Positions 30,401 to 39,333 of a DNA stretch of 64,000 bases are shown piece after piece. Under the pieces are notes generated by a model. It saw only the letters and a list, made by a program, of their open reading frames with translations. It was not told the origin of the DNA and searched no databases. The stretch is from a virus (taxonomy: Duplodnaviria; Heunggongvirae; Uroviricota; Caudoviricetes). Position 1 is the first letter of the stretch. Every line of letters begins with the position of its first letter. The stretch lies in the IMG/VR virus record IMGVR_UViG_2713896908_000007. The stretch is one strand, 5' to 3'. The translations under genes and the position numbers were made by a program.

Positions 30401-33188
30401 TTATGACTTCGTTGCTGCCGGACGTGTGGCCAGCGCAATGGATTCCGACTCCCACCGCAAAGAGGCGGCGCGTCGCCGGGTATTGTCGGAGTATTCAGAT
30501 ACCGGTACCGAAAAAGCAGAGAAGTATCCGTACTTTGAGGATATGGGCTTCGACAGCGTGATTGCTGACGAAGGCCACAACTACCGCAATAGCTATAAAA
30601 ATGGTCGCGAAGCGTCACAGCTGGCCTATCTGCCCACCAGCGCGGTGGCGCAATCGGCGCGAGATATGGCAATCAAAAACGCGTACCTGATGAAAAAGAA
30701 TGGCGGGCGCGGGCCGGTTCTCCTGAGTGCAACGCCAGTCGTTAACACCCCGATCGATGCATACAACATGCTTTCTCATGTTCTGCCGAAGGAATACTGG
30801 CAGAAGATGGGGATCTACGGTCCTGATGACTTCGTTAAATTCTTCGGCAAGACCAGGCTGGAAACGGTACAGAAAATCAGCGGTGAAGTTGAAGAAAAAA
30901 TGGCGCTGGTGGGCTTTGAAAACCTTGATGCGCTGCGCGGCATATTCCATCGCTGGACAACGCTTAAAACAGCGGAAGACGTTAAGGATACCGTGGAGAT
31001 CCCGGAGCTGGACGAGCACCAGCAGGATGCACCACTTACTGAAGAACAACTGGCGGCGTATGAAGAATTGCGTCAGCAGGCGGAAGCGGCGGCCAAAGCC
31101 AACAATGGCGTAACGACCTCGGTCAATGAAGACGGCGTGATTGAGCACGAGAAAGCCCGTCCGATCTTCTCAATAATCAGGGATATGGACCGCGTATGTA
31201 CTGACATGGACCTGTACTATCGCCGGATCACCTATCGTTTCCTGCCGGAGTACGCCGATGCGGTGCAGCAGCTGGCGGACAGTTTGCCTAAACAAGCCAC
31301 CAGCGAAGACGACGACAGTGATGATTCAATCACGCAGCAATCGCAATACTCCCTGATAGATAAGGGCGAGTTTATTCAGTTGCAGGTTCCGGAAGCGTTC
31401 GAGCAGGAAGTGAATAAGCGCCTGGCCAGGTTTGGCATTGACGAACAGACCGTAACTCACCCCGTTACGCCCAAATACGCGAAGCTGATTGCCACGCTGA
31501 AGGAGTTTTTCCCGGAAGGTAAGCAAATCATCTTCACCGATGAAAAAACGCAGCACCAGAAGCTCAAGCGCATTATCTGCAATGCTCTTAACCTTGAACC
31601 TTCAAAGGTGGGGATACTGAATGCTCAGACGGTTGCCGAGGCAGGTAAAACCGGTAAGAAACTGAAAGCGGTTAAACCGCCGAAAGAGTTACCGGATGAA
31701 CCAACAGATGCACAGATAGCGAAATACAACGAGCAAATGGCTCTGTATGACGCCTATATCGCGCAGCAAAATGAAATGTCGCTGGGCGGGCTGGAAAAGA
31801 TTGCTGCCGACTTCCAGGAGGGCCGGACTCCGATCATCATCTGCAACAAAAAGGCAGAGGTGGGTATCAACCTGCATCGAGGAACGACTGACATCCATCA
31901 TCTGACGTTGCCATGGACACCAGCCAGTATCGCACAGCGTAACGGTCGCGGTGCCCGAGTTGGCTCCAACCGTGCAAGCGTTCGCGTTCACTACTACTGC
32001 GGCAAGGGTTCTTTCGATGAATACCGACTGAAGACGCTGAAGCGTAAAGCAGGCTGGATCTCCGATATCCTCCGTTCAGATAAGTCAGAAATGGAGAACG
32101 CCGACGCCAACGATATGATCGAAATGCAGATGTATACCGCTAAGGATGATGGCGAACGTCTGGCAATGATGCAGGTTCAAATGGATAAGGCGAAAGCCGC
32201 GCAACGCGCTCGCCAGAAAGAACAGGCTACTATCGACCTTCAGAACTACATCAAGGCGCAGCACGCAGCTGGTGAGGATGTGGAGGTGCTTACCGCTGAA
32301 TTAGAGCGAAGCAAAGCGGAACTTGAAAAGACCACCGCCGACGTCGCCAAATTCAAACAGGCGGTAATGGCCAAAGCAGCTGATAACGCAGACTGGAAAG
32401 CCCGCTGGGGTAGCGTCCATCACACAGACCGTACGTTGTTAGCACAGTATCGCGCGTCGTTGAAAAGCGCCATTCAGCGCAAGGCTAATATCTCTCAAGC
32501 CATCTCCCGCTATGAGAAATTATTGAACCGTACTCAGAAGGCCGCGACGGATATCAAACGCCTGCGCCCGCTGGTGGAGGATGCAATAAATAAAGGCATT
32601 ATGGATGTTGATCCTGACTTGGTTAACCATGCGAGTGAGTTCCTTGTTATCGGCGATCGCTCATGGCGTGTAGGCCAATACTACGATTGTGCCGGTGATA
32701 TCGTTCGCATTAAGTCGCTGGACTTCGACAGCCAGCGCGCAGACGTGGAGATTATCTTTACCTTCAAAGGTACCAAATCGGGTAACTGGGATGTGAAGAC
32801 GCTGGATAAACAGGTTGATGTAACTCCCGATGAAGATGCTGTTATGCAGAAAATCAGTGGTGGCGTCTCCATCGCCGGGATTAACGACATCATTTCCTGT
32901 GACGATTTCTACCGTTTCCAGCAGCGCGGCATGATCAAAATCACTGACTCATACGGCGTTCAGACTACAGAGTCAGGCTATAGCATTGATTTTGTTGGTA
33001 CCTATACGGACCCACTGAAGCATGCGGTTTACCCGGATCGCCGTGACGGCGCGCTGAAGTCGTCAATTGCAAAATGGGTGCTTGGTATGATGTCGGAAGG
33101 GAATAACCGCCAGATCCGTTCGGCAGAAACATTCCTGGTTGAACTGTTTGGCTCCAATTATGGCGATGGGAGATACGCTATCCCCTGA
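27414..33188 (+). CDS. darB: DarB-like antirestriction protein, N6-adenine methyltransferase plus helicase domains (1924 aa)
   Basis: MTase motifs LEPSAGTGVF and VVGNVPFGG; helicase motifs GFGTGLGKTT and VIADEGHNYRN. Confidence 0.8.
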   Translation: MNKLSMGVFRCSSVSEILKYIRAITSHRAPIKYGVEKVEGKSYDRLRREANQKAIDLLNSLVDGATLTDEQRQILAGYTGEGGIGGSVSEYYTPKPIAEGVWEIMKLYGADVGNTLEPSAGTGVFNETKPVGTVMTATEISSVSGRINQLLHPEDSVQISPFEQLAISTPNDSFDHVVGNVPFGGRDNTRNIDKPYAEETDMGSYFMLRMLDKIKPGGFMCVIVPPSIVSGSNMKRLRLRLSRKAEFLGAHRLPTGTFDANGTSTVVDVVLMRKHPAEMAEKIPQVDESTLESANVLWPTFISGKWFEKDGRRFVHGAQEKGFQGRIEVRADGQIDNQALKTKLIHRFESRIDWSLLDMAEPSPTADVVDEGEMRLINGVWQKYAGGRWIEADAGKELKIDAASYGADSWEALQRNLTTTEGRLGMTFTQMANVRDKYTTSISDDMVQLVDWINSQPEKYRERLYRGAMIGRMLIEYQDMKAAGHSAEQIEQQRLSLVSRLQAEIDRFGNPGRGPIAKLSGSGARAWFAFRGAIKLDGTISDELTGKLVTHDSSASYDSTSYQDTLRYLYSDLTRDPIQLDDFRLAFTGELPASDEELLNLLASTPGIAVSPYGGIVPFARATSGDINEIVAPKQEFLATLPDGPVKNNVLNQLAAIEEKRIKTPAENIRFKLNSRWFDRSVILEFLQENGYPDLRYVQSVQLEGDEMVSDTYHGGDGLFVGHRYGVVQRKDKETGEIRYEWDRKSGENATGFPAQLEKYLNGARIGGKDSATANGYREQMALLEDQFNKWIKTHDRYDELVAKYNDVFNSNIPYEHSGDPLGLKGLSGKRQPFDYQNSEVRRLSEDGRGILGFGTGLGKTTTALALEAFNYENGRSTRTAYVVPKSVLENWYYEAKEFLSEEAFSNYLFVGLDVLMDGDQIRQVPVLDENGKPVLGADGAPVMRDALKLADEATITARMNAIPHSNYRAVVFTKEQYARIPLRDDTVDEHAQDMLYDFVAAGRVASAMDSDSHRKEAARRRVLSEYSDTGTEKAEKYPYFEDMGFDSVIADEGHNYRNSYKNGREASQLAYLPTSAVAQSARDMAIKNAYLMKKNGGRGPVLLSATPVVNTPIDAYNMLSHVLPKEYWQKMGIYGPDDFVKFFGKTRLETVQKISGEVEEKMALVGFENLDALRGIFHRWTTLKTAEDVKDTVEIPELDEHQQDAPLTEEQLAAYEELRQQAEAAAKANNGVTTSVNEDGVIEHEKARPIFSIIRDMDRVCTDMDLYYRRITYRFLPEYADAVQQLADSLPKQATSEDDDSDDSITQQSQYSLIDKGEFIQLQVPEAFEQEVNKRLARFGIDEQTVTHPVTPKYAKLIATLKEFFPEGKQIIFTDEKTQHQKLKRIICNALNLEPSKVGILNAQTVAEAGKTGKKLKAVKPPKELPDEPTDAQIAKYNEQMALYDAYIAQQNEMSLGGLEKIAADFQEGRTPIIICNKKAEVGINLHRGTTDIHHLTLPWTPASIAQRNGRGARVGSNRASVRVHYYCGKGSFDEYRLKTLKRKAGWISDILRSDKSEMENADANDMIEMQMYTAKDDGERLAMMQVQMDKAKAAQRARQKEQATIDLQNYIKAQHAAGEDVEVLTAELERSKAELEKTTADVAKFKQAVMAKAADNADWKARWGSVHHTDRTLLAQYRASLKSAIQRKANISQAISRYEKLLNRTQKAATDIKRLRPLVEDAINKGIMDVDPDLVNHASEFLVIGDRSWRVGQYYDCAGDIVRIKSLDFDSQRADVEIIFTFKGTKSGNWDVKTLDKQVDVTPDEDAVMQKISGGVSIAGINDIISCDDFYRFQQRGMIKITDSYGVQTTESGYSIDFVGTYTDPLKHAVYPDRRDGALKSSIAKWVLGMMSEGNNRQIRSAETFLVELFGSNYGDGRYAIP

Positions 33189-34167
33189 AGCAATTCAGGA
33201 GAAAATAGCGGATGCGATCGCCAGAATGCCGGAAAAAACAAACCAGGGGGCTACTCGTAACGGGGATTCTGAACTTGAAGTCACCAATGCCATTTTCGGT
33301 ACCAATGAGTTCCGGGCGTCAGATTATGAGATCACCACAGCACAGTTTGGCACCATTGGCATTTACAGCAATAAAGACGAGATCAAGCAGGCAATGGACG
33401 CAGCAAGTGCGCGCATTGCAGCAGAACGGAAAGCCAATCTGAATCATGCAGTCGCCGCGCTGACTCAATCGTGGGTAACAGCAATCAGGGAGGCCGCCAC
33501 CACAGGAAAAATCACACCGGCAATTGCGGATGTCGTAAACGACGGCTCTAAATTTATGGATGCCTATCAAATGGATGCGGTGCAGTTGCCATCAGCCTAT
33601 GGCCAACTCAGCTATCGCATGACCTACAACCTGGTATCAATGTTTTCCGACCTTGCCATCCTTGGGCTGGTGGACCTTAACGAGGTTACGCCGGAATTGC
33701 TCAGCATGCGCAAGAACCATGTGGAGATATTGCACAGAATTAACACGGTACTTTCCGGGCGCACCGATGAAGAGAAACAGGCAGACGCTGATCGGATAAA
33801 CCTAGCCCTTGGCAACATCACGGAGGAAGAAATTGCCGCCAGAAACGAGAAACAAGAAGAGTTATCATCAATACAGGGTGATGCCACCAGCATAGCTCAG
33901 TCTCTTGGTCTGAATTATCGCGTATCCACCGCCGACCTGAAGATGATGTACGCACCAAAATTCGCCGCTGGCGAGGTATTTGGGCTTCAGGAAGCCTCAG
34001 GCATGAAAGGCGTTCTTTTCCGTGCGAAAGACGCAATCAAGGCGAAATTCGGCGCTCGCTGGCTGCCAGCGAAGGCGAAGAACAGCGATTTCCCGGGTAA
34101 CTGGTGGATTATCGAGACAAAACACAACGTGGCGGACGTTCTGGCCGTCATCCAACAATACGCATAA
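33160..34167 (+). CDS. Hypothetical protein in darB operon (335 aa; start uncertain)
   Basis: First in-frame ATG 33160 overlaps darB 3' end; track ORF starts at TTG 33139. Confidence 0.5.
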   Translation: MAMGDTLSPEAIQEKIADAIARMPEKTNQGATRNGDSELEVTNAIFGTNEFRASDYEITTAQFGTIGIYSNKDEIKQAMDAASARIAAERKANLNHAVAALTQSWVTAIREAATTGKITPAIADVVNDGSKFMDAYQMDAVQLPSAYGQLSYRMTYNLVSMFSDLAILGLVDLNEVTPELLSMRKNHVEILHRINTVLSGRTDEEKQADADRINLALGNITEEEIAARNEKQEELSSIQGDATSIAQSLGLNYRVSTADLKMMYAPKFAAGEVFGLQEASGMKGVLFRAKDAIKAKFGARWLPAKAKNSDFPGNWWIIETKHNVADVLAVIQQYA

Positions 34168-34200
34168 CAGGAGCGCCCGGTTCGCCGGGTGTCGCATAAT

Positions 34201-34641
34201 ATGGCCACACTATCTGATACAATAAAACCGAATAAAACATATCTTGAGGCGGTACTCCGTACAGCGTTGTTAGGAAAGACAGAAGACGAATACGTTGATT
34301 TCTTCCTGTCAGGGCTACGCGGGCGATTACTGAAAAATCCCCGCCTGTACCGCAGCTATGGTCCATACTGGCCGGAAATTAAAAAATTATTACTGGAGCG
34401 CGGTTATGGTAATTTCGGTCGTCTCGTTGACCGTGACGTTCGCAAAATTTACCGTTATGACCGCCCGGCGCTAACACTCATAGCCGCGACGCTCTACAGC
34501 CAGGAGCGTTTTGATAATGGTCAGATATACTCAGCCTGGCATTTACTGCCAGTGCCTGAAGAAGTTGACGACCAGGACTATGAGTTTGAGTCTTACGATT
34601 TGGAAGTTGAAGCCTTGGCACAGGCTGGAGAGAAAACTTGA
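34201..34641 (+). CDS. Ulx-like protein (146 aa)
   Basis: ORF immediately upstream of lxc/bof-like gene; track ORF starts at GTG 34189. Confidence 0.5.
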   Translation: MATLSDTIKPNKTYLEAVLRTALLGKTEDEYVDFFLSGLRGRLLKNPRLYRSYGPYWPEIKKLLLERGYGNFGRLVDRDVRKIYRYDRPALTLIAATLYSQERFDNGQIYSAWHLLPVPEEVDDQDYEFESYDLEVEALAQAGEKT

Positions 34642-34886
34642 AAAAGCGATACTACACAGTAAAGCATGGGACGCTACGAGCATTACAAGAGTTTGCTGAC
34701 AAGCATAACGTTGAGGTGCGCAGGGAAGGGGGAAGTAAAGCTCTGCGCATGTACCGTCCTGACGGAAAATGGCGGACGGTCGTCGATTTCAAAACTAACA
34801 GCGTTCCCCAGGGCGTCCGCGACCGGGCATTCGAAGAATGGGAGCAGATCATCATAGATAATGCATTGCTTCTGAATGCTGATTAA
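34638..34886 (+). CDS. lxc: Lxc/Bof-like C1 co-repressor (82 aa, TTG start)
   Basis: GGAG 7 nt upstream of TTG overlapping upstream stop; size and TTG start agree with what I recall for P1 bof. Confidence 0.5.
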   Translation: MKKRYYTVKHGTLRALQEFADKHNVEVRREGGSKALRMYRPDGKWRTVVDFKTNSVPQGVRDRAFEEWEQIIIDNALLLNAD

Positions 34887-34894
34887 TGGTTTTG

Positions 34895-34930
34895 TTTCCC
34901 GGTATCGTATTATACCGGGAAATATCTTTT
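34895..34930 (+). terminator. Rho-independent terminator (TTTCCCGGTAT..ATACCGGGAAA + T-run)
   Basis: Perfect 11-bp stem 34895..34922 followed by TATCTTTTT. Confidence 0.75.
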
Positions 34931-34934
34931 TATA

Positions 34935-35333
34935 TTAACCCGCGGCTGCAATTAGTGCTGACCCAACCGCCAGTGTGGTGACAAGGCCTATAATGACCAC
35001 TGTCGCTGTTACCCCTCCTGCAACAGCAGCTCCAGTCTTTGTTTTGGATAACTCTTTCTTTTCTAGAGAAATGATTTCACCCATAGGAATAGACTGGTTG
35101 TTAATACCATTGATATATTGTGGGGTAACTTTCGATACTGTCATTTCACCTTCGCTACCTGATTTTAACTTGTATTTAATTAGGTCACCAGCATATATCG
35201 GCGGCTCCGTTAAATAATAGGTACTTCTTTCAAGATTTTTCTGCTGTATGTTAACTCCCTGATAAGACTGACATCCACATAACACAAGCGATAAAATTAG
35301 CGTTGTCAGTAATTTTCTTTTGTTTTTTATCAT
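34935..35333 (-). CDS. Lipoprotein with C-terminal glycine-zipper membrane segment (132 aa)
   Basis: AAGGAG 8 nt upstream of ATG 35333; lipobox-like LSLVLCGC; C-terminus GAAVAGGVTATVVIIGLVTTLAVGSALIAAAG; AT-rich. Confidence 0.65.
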   Translation of the reverse strand: MIKNKRKLLTTLILSLVLCGCQSYQGVNIQQKNLERSTYYLTEPPIYAGDLIKYKLKSGSEGEMTVSKVTPQYINGINNQSIPMGEIISLEKKELSKTKTGAAVAGGVTATVVIIGLVTTLAVGSALIAAAG

Positions 35334-35467
35334 TGCCAGCACTCCTTCTCCTTTTCTTTGTATAGCTAAAACACATTATTTATTCTTGTCAAATAGTTTT
35401 GAGTTTGAGAGTGAGGTTTGCGTGACGACGCTCTAAAAGTTGCAGATAGCGGTAAAGATAATTTTAT

Positions 35468-36109
35468 TTACAATATGTTACCTTTTCCGGTAAGTATGCC
35501 TTGCGGTACTTTACTTTCCCCCATTAGTTGAGTGGCATGAATGATATTAATAAATGACATTAGTTGTGATGAACTCTTATTAACATTTATCTCTCCTGCC
35601 ATTGCCCTAATGTAGTCGGCGCTTGCAACGTTGTTATATTCCGTTGCGAAGCAGCATAACAACGTCAGAACGTGCTCTGTCGTTATTTCGCTCCAGTTGA
35701 TGTTGAAAAATTCATCGCCTTTTTTGTCATGTTCGGAATCGAAGATGCTTTGGTGGAGGATGTATTTGCCGGATTCCTTGCGCGGTAACTTGATCGCTTT
35801 CTGGCGTTCCAATTCCTTGTAAATCTGCATTGCTTCAATCAGTACCGGCCTGCCGTTCATGAAGGGATCGCGCAACCTTACACGCTGGCCAACTCGACCA
35901 GTAATAAAGCTGTTTTCCTCTTCCACCAGCACGATAAAACCCTTTTCCTCTTTTTCTCGCAATTCGCGCAGCAGCTGGAGTTCCATATCGCGGCGGCGTT
36001 CAGGGTAGCTGGTCCGCTCAGCCATTATCAGCTCGTTATTGATCCATGCAGCAGTCATTGACGCCGGTTTGCCGACGTTCATCGAAACAACGCATATTTT
36101 CTTATCCAT
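35468..36109 (-). CDS. Hypothetical protein (213 aa)
   Basis: ATG 36109 with AGGGGG upstream; starts MDKKICVVSMNVGKPA; track ORF extends upstream without support. Confidence 0.55.
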   Translation of the reverse strand: MDKKICVVSMNVGKPASMTAAWINNELIMAERTSYPERRRDMELQLLRELREKEEKGFIVLVEEENSFITGRVGQRVRLRDPFMNGRPVLIEAMQIYKELERQKAIKLPRKESGKYILHQSIFDSEHDKKGDEFFNINWSEITTEHVLTLLCCFATEYNNVASADYIRAMAGEINVNKSSSQLMSFINIIHATQLMGESKVPQGILTGKGNIL

Positions 36110-36298
36110 AGCGCCCCCTACAAAAAAGAAAAGCCACCAGCGGCGGCTTAGCAATACAACTGAAGGTAGCGCCCGGTACTCAGACTGTGCCGTCCATGGA
36201 ATATTTGAAAAGGGATCCATCCGTACCGGGCGTGTGATGATTCTGACTGAAGTCACTTGTCAGTTGTCAATCATTTATTATTAAAAATAATATATTTA

Positions 36299-36859
36299 TT
36301 AGTGCATGACGTTTGCCATCTCGTAAGCGTCAGCCAGCAACTCCATCTCTGACTTGTTCAGCAAGGTGAATTCTTTCTTGCCTCCAACCACACCATCGGC
36401 ATGAACAGGGACCAGCCAGGGGTATTTTGCTCTTACTTCAGCCGGTGCTGCATGCTGGTGGTGCCATCTACAAAGAGGCAATTGCTTTTTATGACAACCC
36501 GGCGCGGTACGACCGGCGATATGGTGCAGAGACACCTCATTAGATATTACTCCATGCATATAGCAGGCAATGCAGGGGAGAGCGCCAAGAGCATTGGCGA
36601 TGCGCCGTTCCTCCGCCGTTGGTGTTCTCCCCTTCAAGCCACGAGATTTTATTTTTACCGCGCTTTTCCGCGTTTTGCTGGCTGGTGGGCGTTCTTTCTG
36701 TTTAGCGATACGGCGGTCGATAGTATCCCGCATTTTCTGATATTGAGATTCTCGCCAGACCGGATCAGCCAACTTCTCCCGTTGCCGAGCGATCGCTCGT
36801 TCTCTGGCTGCCTTCTGCCACTTACGGTGCTGTTCAATTTTTTGTTCGATTGTTTTCAT
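36299..36859 (-). CDS. ref: Ref recombination enhancement HNH endonuclease (186 aa)
   Basis: HNH/zinc motifs CIACYMHG..HH..CHKKQLPLCRWHH; located downstream of cre-cra. Confidence 0.9.
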   Translation of the reverse strand: MKTIEQKIEQHRKWQKAARERAIARQREKLADPVWRESQYQKMRDTIDRRIAKQKERPPASKTRKSAVKIKSRGLKGRTPTAEERRIANALGALPCIACYMHGVISNEVSLHHIAGRTAPGCHKKQLPLCRWHHQHAAPAEVRAKYPWLVPVHADGVVGGKKEFTLLNKSEMELLADAYEMANVMH

Positions 36860-36864
36860 AAGGT

Positions 36865-36890
36865 AAAAAAAAGGCGGCCTTTAGGCCGCC
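36865..36890 (-). terminator. Attenuator-type intrinsic terminator 5 nt upstream of ref start
   Basis: On the minus strand GGCGGCC-uaaa-GGCCGCC followed by eight U, then ACCUU-AUG of ref. Confidence 0.7.
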
Positions 36891-36957
36891 AATGATTTCA
36901 AAGGAGTAGGTAATGGCCATGTGTTCGTAGTTGACTCACGCCACCTCTAAATTATAA

Positions 36958-36974
36958 CAACAAATTAGAGCAAT
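36958..36974 (-). promoter_or_regulatory. C1 operator-like site (13/17; ATTGCTCTAAT core intact) with adjacent TTATAAT
   Basis: Minus strand reads ATTGCTCTAATTTGTTGTTATAAT upstream of ref attenuator. Confidence 0.55.
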
Positions 36975-37105
36975 GATAGCTATTTTATTTATCGCGAATC
37001 ACATTCTTTCACTTTGGCACCTATGTGCTATACTCGTTCTTGATTGATTGGATGCGGAATACAAACCCGCTTTTTTGTGCAGCCTGGCTCCTTGCCAGGC
37101 TTTTT

Positions 37106-37417
37106 TTATTTCATCATGGAAGCTGTTAACGCTTTGGACCTTGCAGAACTGATTGAGAGGGCTTTGTCAACGTGCCCCAAAAATTCTCCAAACTCAGACA
37201 TCACTTTGGCAAAACCGCGCCGTGCTTCTTCCTCGGTGGCATTCATCACGAAATGTTCAGCACTACGCATACTTTTGACAGGGAACGCAACGGATATTGA
37301 GTCAATATCAGGCATTCTATCGCTCAACTTTACAGTGACAATGACGGCTGGCGACTGAATATTAGTGCTTACAGACAGCAGTACATATTTTCCGTCGATG
37401 TTGAAATCCTTTCTCAT
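37106..37417 (-). CDS. cra: Cra-like protein (103 aa)
   Basis: ORF immediately downstream of cre, preceded by operator-like site. Confidence 0.55.
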   Translation of the reverse strand: MRKDFNIDGKYVLLSVSTNIQSPAVIVTVKLSDRMPDIDSISVAFPVKSMRSAEHFVMNATEEEARRGFAKVMSEFGEFLGHVDKALSISSARSKALTASMMK

Positions 37418-37433
37418 ATGTCACCATAAATGT

Positions 37434-37450
37434 AAAATAATTAGAGCAAT
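37434..37450 (-). promoter_or_regulatory. C1 operator-like site (15/17)
   Basis: AAAATAATTAGAGCAAT between cre stop and cra start. Confidence 0.65.
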
Positions 37451-37467
37451 TTCTTATGAATTAACGG

Positions 37468-38499
37468 CTAATCACCATCTTCCAGTAGGCGCACCATTGC
37501 CCCCGTTTCACTATCCAGGTTACGAATGTAGTTCATGACAATATTTACGTTGGTCCAGCCGCCAGCTTGCATGATCTCCGGTATAGAAACTCCGGCGCGG
37601 GCCATATCTCGCGCGGCACCGACACGGGCACTATGTCCAGACCAGGCCAGGTATCGCTGACCAGAGTCATCTTTTGCCCCGTAAATCAATCGGTGAGTTG
37701 CTTCAAAAATCCCTTCCAGGGCGCGAGTTGATAGCTGGCTGGTGGATGATGGCGCGGCAACACCATTTTTTCTGACGCGGCAAAACAGGTAGTTATTCGG
37801 ATCATCAGCTACACCAGAGACAGAAATCCATCGCTCAACCAGTTTAGTTACCCCCAGGCTAAGTGCCTTCTCTACACCAGCGGTGCTAACCAGCGTTTTC
37901 GTTCTGCCAATATGGATTAACATTCTCCCACCGTCAGTACGTGAGATATCTTTAACCCTGATCCTGGAAATTTCGGCTATACGTAACAGGGTGTTATAAG
38001 CAATCCCCAGAAATGCCAGATTACGTATATCCTGGCAGCGATCGCTATTTTCCATGAGTGAACGAACCTGGTCGAAATCAGTGCGTTCGAACGCCAGTGC
38101 CTGTTTTGCACGTTCACCGGCATCAACGTTTTCTTTTCGGATCCGTCGCATGACCAGTGAAACAGCATTGCTGTCACTTGGTCGTGGCAGACCGGACCGA
38201 CGATGAAGCATATTTAGCTGGCCCAAATGTTGCTGGATAGTTTTCACTGCCAGACCACGCGCCTGAAGATATAGAAGATAATCGCGAACATCTTCAGGTT
38301 CTGCGGGAAACCACTTCCGGTTATTCAACTTGCACCATGCCGCCCACGACCGGCAAACGGACAGAAGCATTTTCCAGGTATGCTCAGAAAACGCCTGGCG
38401 ATCCCTGAACATGTCCATCAGGTTCTTGCGAACCTCATCACTCGTTGCATCGACCGGTAATGCAGGCAAATTTTGGTGTACGGTCAGTAAATTGGACAT
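37468..38499 (-). CDS. cre: Cre tyrosine recombinase (343 aa)
   Basis: Protein begins MSNLLTVHQNLPALPVDATSDEVRKNLMDMFRDRQAFSEHTWKMLLSVCRSWAAWCKLNN and ends ..RLLEDGD; loxP lies ~420 bp upstream. Confidence 0.98.
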   Translation of the reverse strand: MSNLLTVHQNLPALPVDATSDEVRKNLMDMFRDRQAFSEHTWKMLLSVCRSWAAWCKLNNRKWFPAEPEDVRDYLLYLQARGLAVKTIQQHLGQLNMLHRRSGLPRPSDSNAVSLVMRRIRKENVDAGERAKQALAFERTDFDQVRSLMENSDRCQDIRNLAFLGIAYNTLLRIAEISRIRVKDISRTDGGRMLIHIGRTKTLVSTAGVEKALSLGVTKLVERWISVSGVADDPNNYLFCRVRKNGVAAPSSTSQLSTRALEGIFEATHRLIYGAKDDSGQRYLAWSGHSARVGAARDMARAGVSIPEIMQAGGWTNVNIVMNYIRNLDSETGAMVRLLEDGD

Positions 38500-38506
38500 T
38501 TAACAC

Positions 38507-38728
38507 TCAGATAATGGTTTTAAGTAAAGTGTACAGGATCGGCTCTGCCTTTACCTGTTTATGGTTCTCGTCATAGAAACGCCAGCGACCGCGCGTGCGT
38601 TCTATTTTCTCTTCACCGCGCGATAATGACAGTTGACAACTATCACGATCAAACCCTTTTGCCCGCCAGTAACCACGGTTTTTCTCAAGCTCAATATGAG
38701 TGGACACTTTAGCAGCTGAATATCCCAT
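38507..38728 (-). CDS. Small ORF upstream of cre (73 aa), uncertain
   Basis: ATG preceded by AGAGGTG at 4 nt; occupies the loxP-cre interval. Confidence 0.3.
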   Translation of the reverse strand: MGYSAAKVSTHIELEKNRGYWRAKGFDRDSCQLSLSRGEEKIERTRGRWRFYDENHKQVKAEPILYTLLKTII

Positions 38729-38825
38729 TTTTCACCTCTAATTGATTGGTGGTGCTAAGTGCGCTACGCAAAATCTGGAGCACTAACACTGCCAACTTTT
38801 CACAGATTTTACGTAGCGCAAACTT

Positions 38826-38898
38826 GATCAAATGATCAAGTGATCACTATTTGACCTGATAAGGTATTGAACTGTATGGATTTACAGGTAAATTGATC
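38826..38898. promoter_or_regulatory. GATC (Dam site) cluster in cre upstream region
   Basis: Four GATC within 75 bp (TTGATCAAATGATCAAGTGATCAC and TTGATCAT) next to loxP; compatible with Dam-sensitive cre promoter. Confidence 0.5.
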
Positions 38899-38917
38899 AT
38901 GTTCAATAACCCTTAAT

Positions 38918-38951
38918 ATAACTTCGTATAATGTATGCTATACGAAGTTAT
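38918..38951. other. loxP: loxP site-specific recombination site (34 bp)
   Basis: Exact ATAACTTCGTATA-ATGTATGC-TATACGAAGTTAT. Confidence 0.98.
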
Positions 38952-38994
38952 TTAGAGCGATAAGGAGTTTAATCCCGACTGCGCACAAAAATCA

Positions 38995-39011
38995 AGAATT
39001 ATTAGAGCAAT
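38995..39011 (-). promoter_or_regulatory. C1 operator-like site (15/17)
   Basis: AGAATTATTAGAGCAAT upstream of coi-c1. Confidence 0.65.
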
Positions 39012-39078
39012 GCTTTTTGAGAAGAAAATCACACTCCACCAGCCAAAAGGCTGGATTGTTTTCCTTAGTTGTTTGACA

Positions 39079-39095
39079 ATTGCTCTAATAAATTA
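39079..39095 (+). promoter_or_regulatory. C1 operator-like site (16/17) overlapping a TTGACA -35 element
   Basis: TTGACA (39073..39078) immediately followed by ATTGCTCTAATAAATTA; promoter reading toward coi/c1. Confidence 0.75.
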
Positions 39096-39333
39096 TAGCT
39101 TTGCCGCCGTTTCGTAATATGACTCTGGACTCACTCTTTTATGTGTCTTCGGCGTTGTAGAGCGGCTCAGAGGGAAATGAGCAAACAGGGAAACCTTATA
39201 CAACGGCATTACGGCTATACATTGCTCTTCTTACACACAGCGCAATGTTGATAGATAACCCCAGCATGGAACATGGGTGAAACAGTAGGTCAGAGCTTCA
39301 GGCTCTGTGTTGTCAATACAGTGAGGCATAATT

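Noticed and set aside
36289-36307. Degenerate operator-like ATATTTATTAGTGCAT at ref 3' end
   Set aside because: 13/17 with mismatches in the conserved GAGCAAT core.
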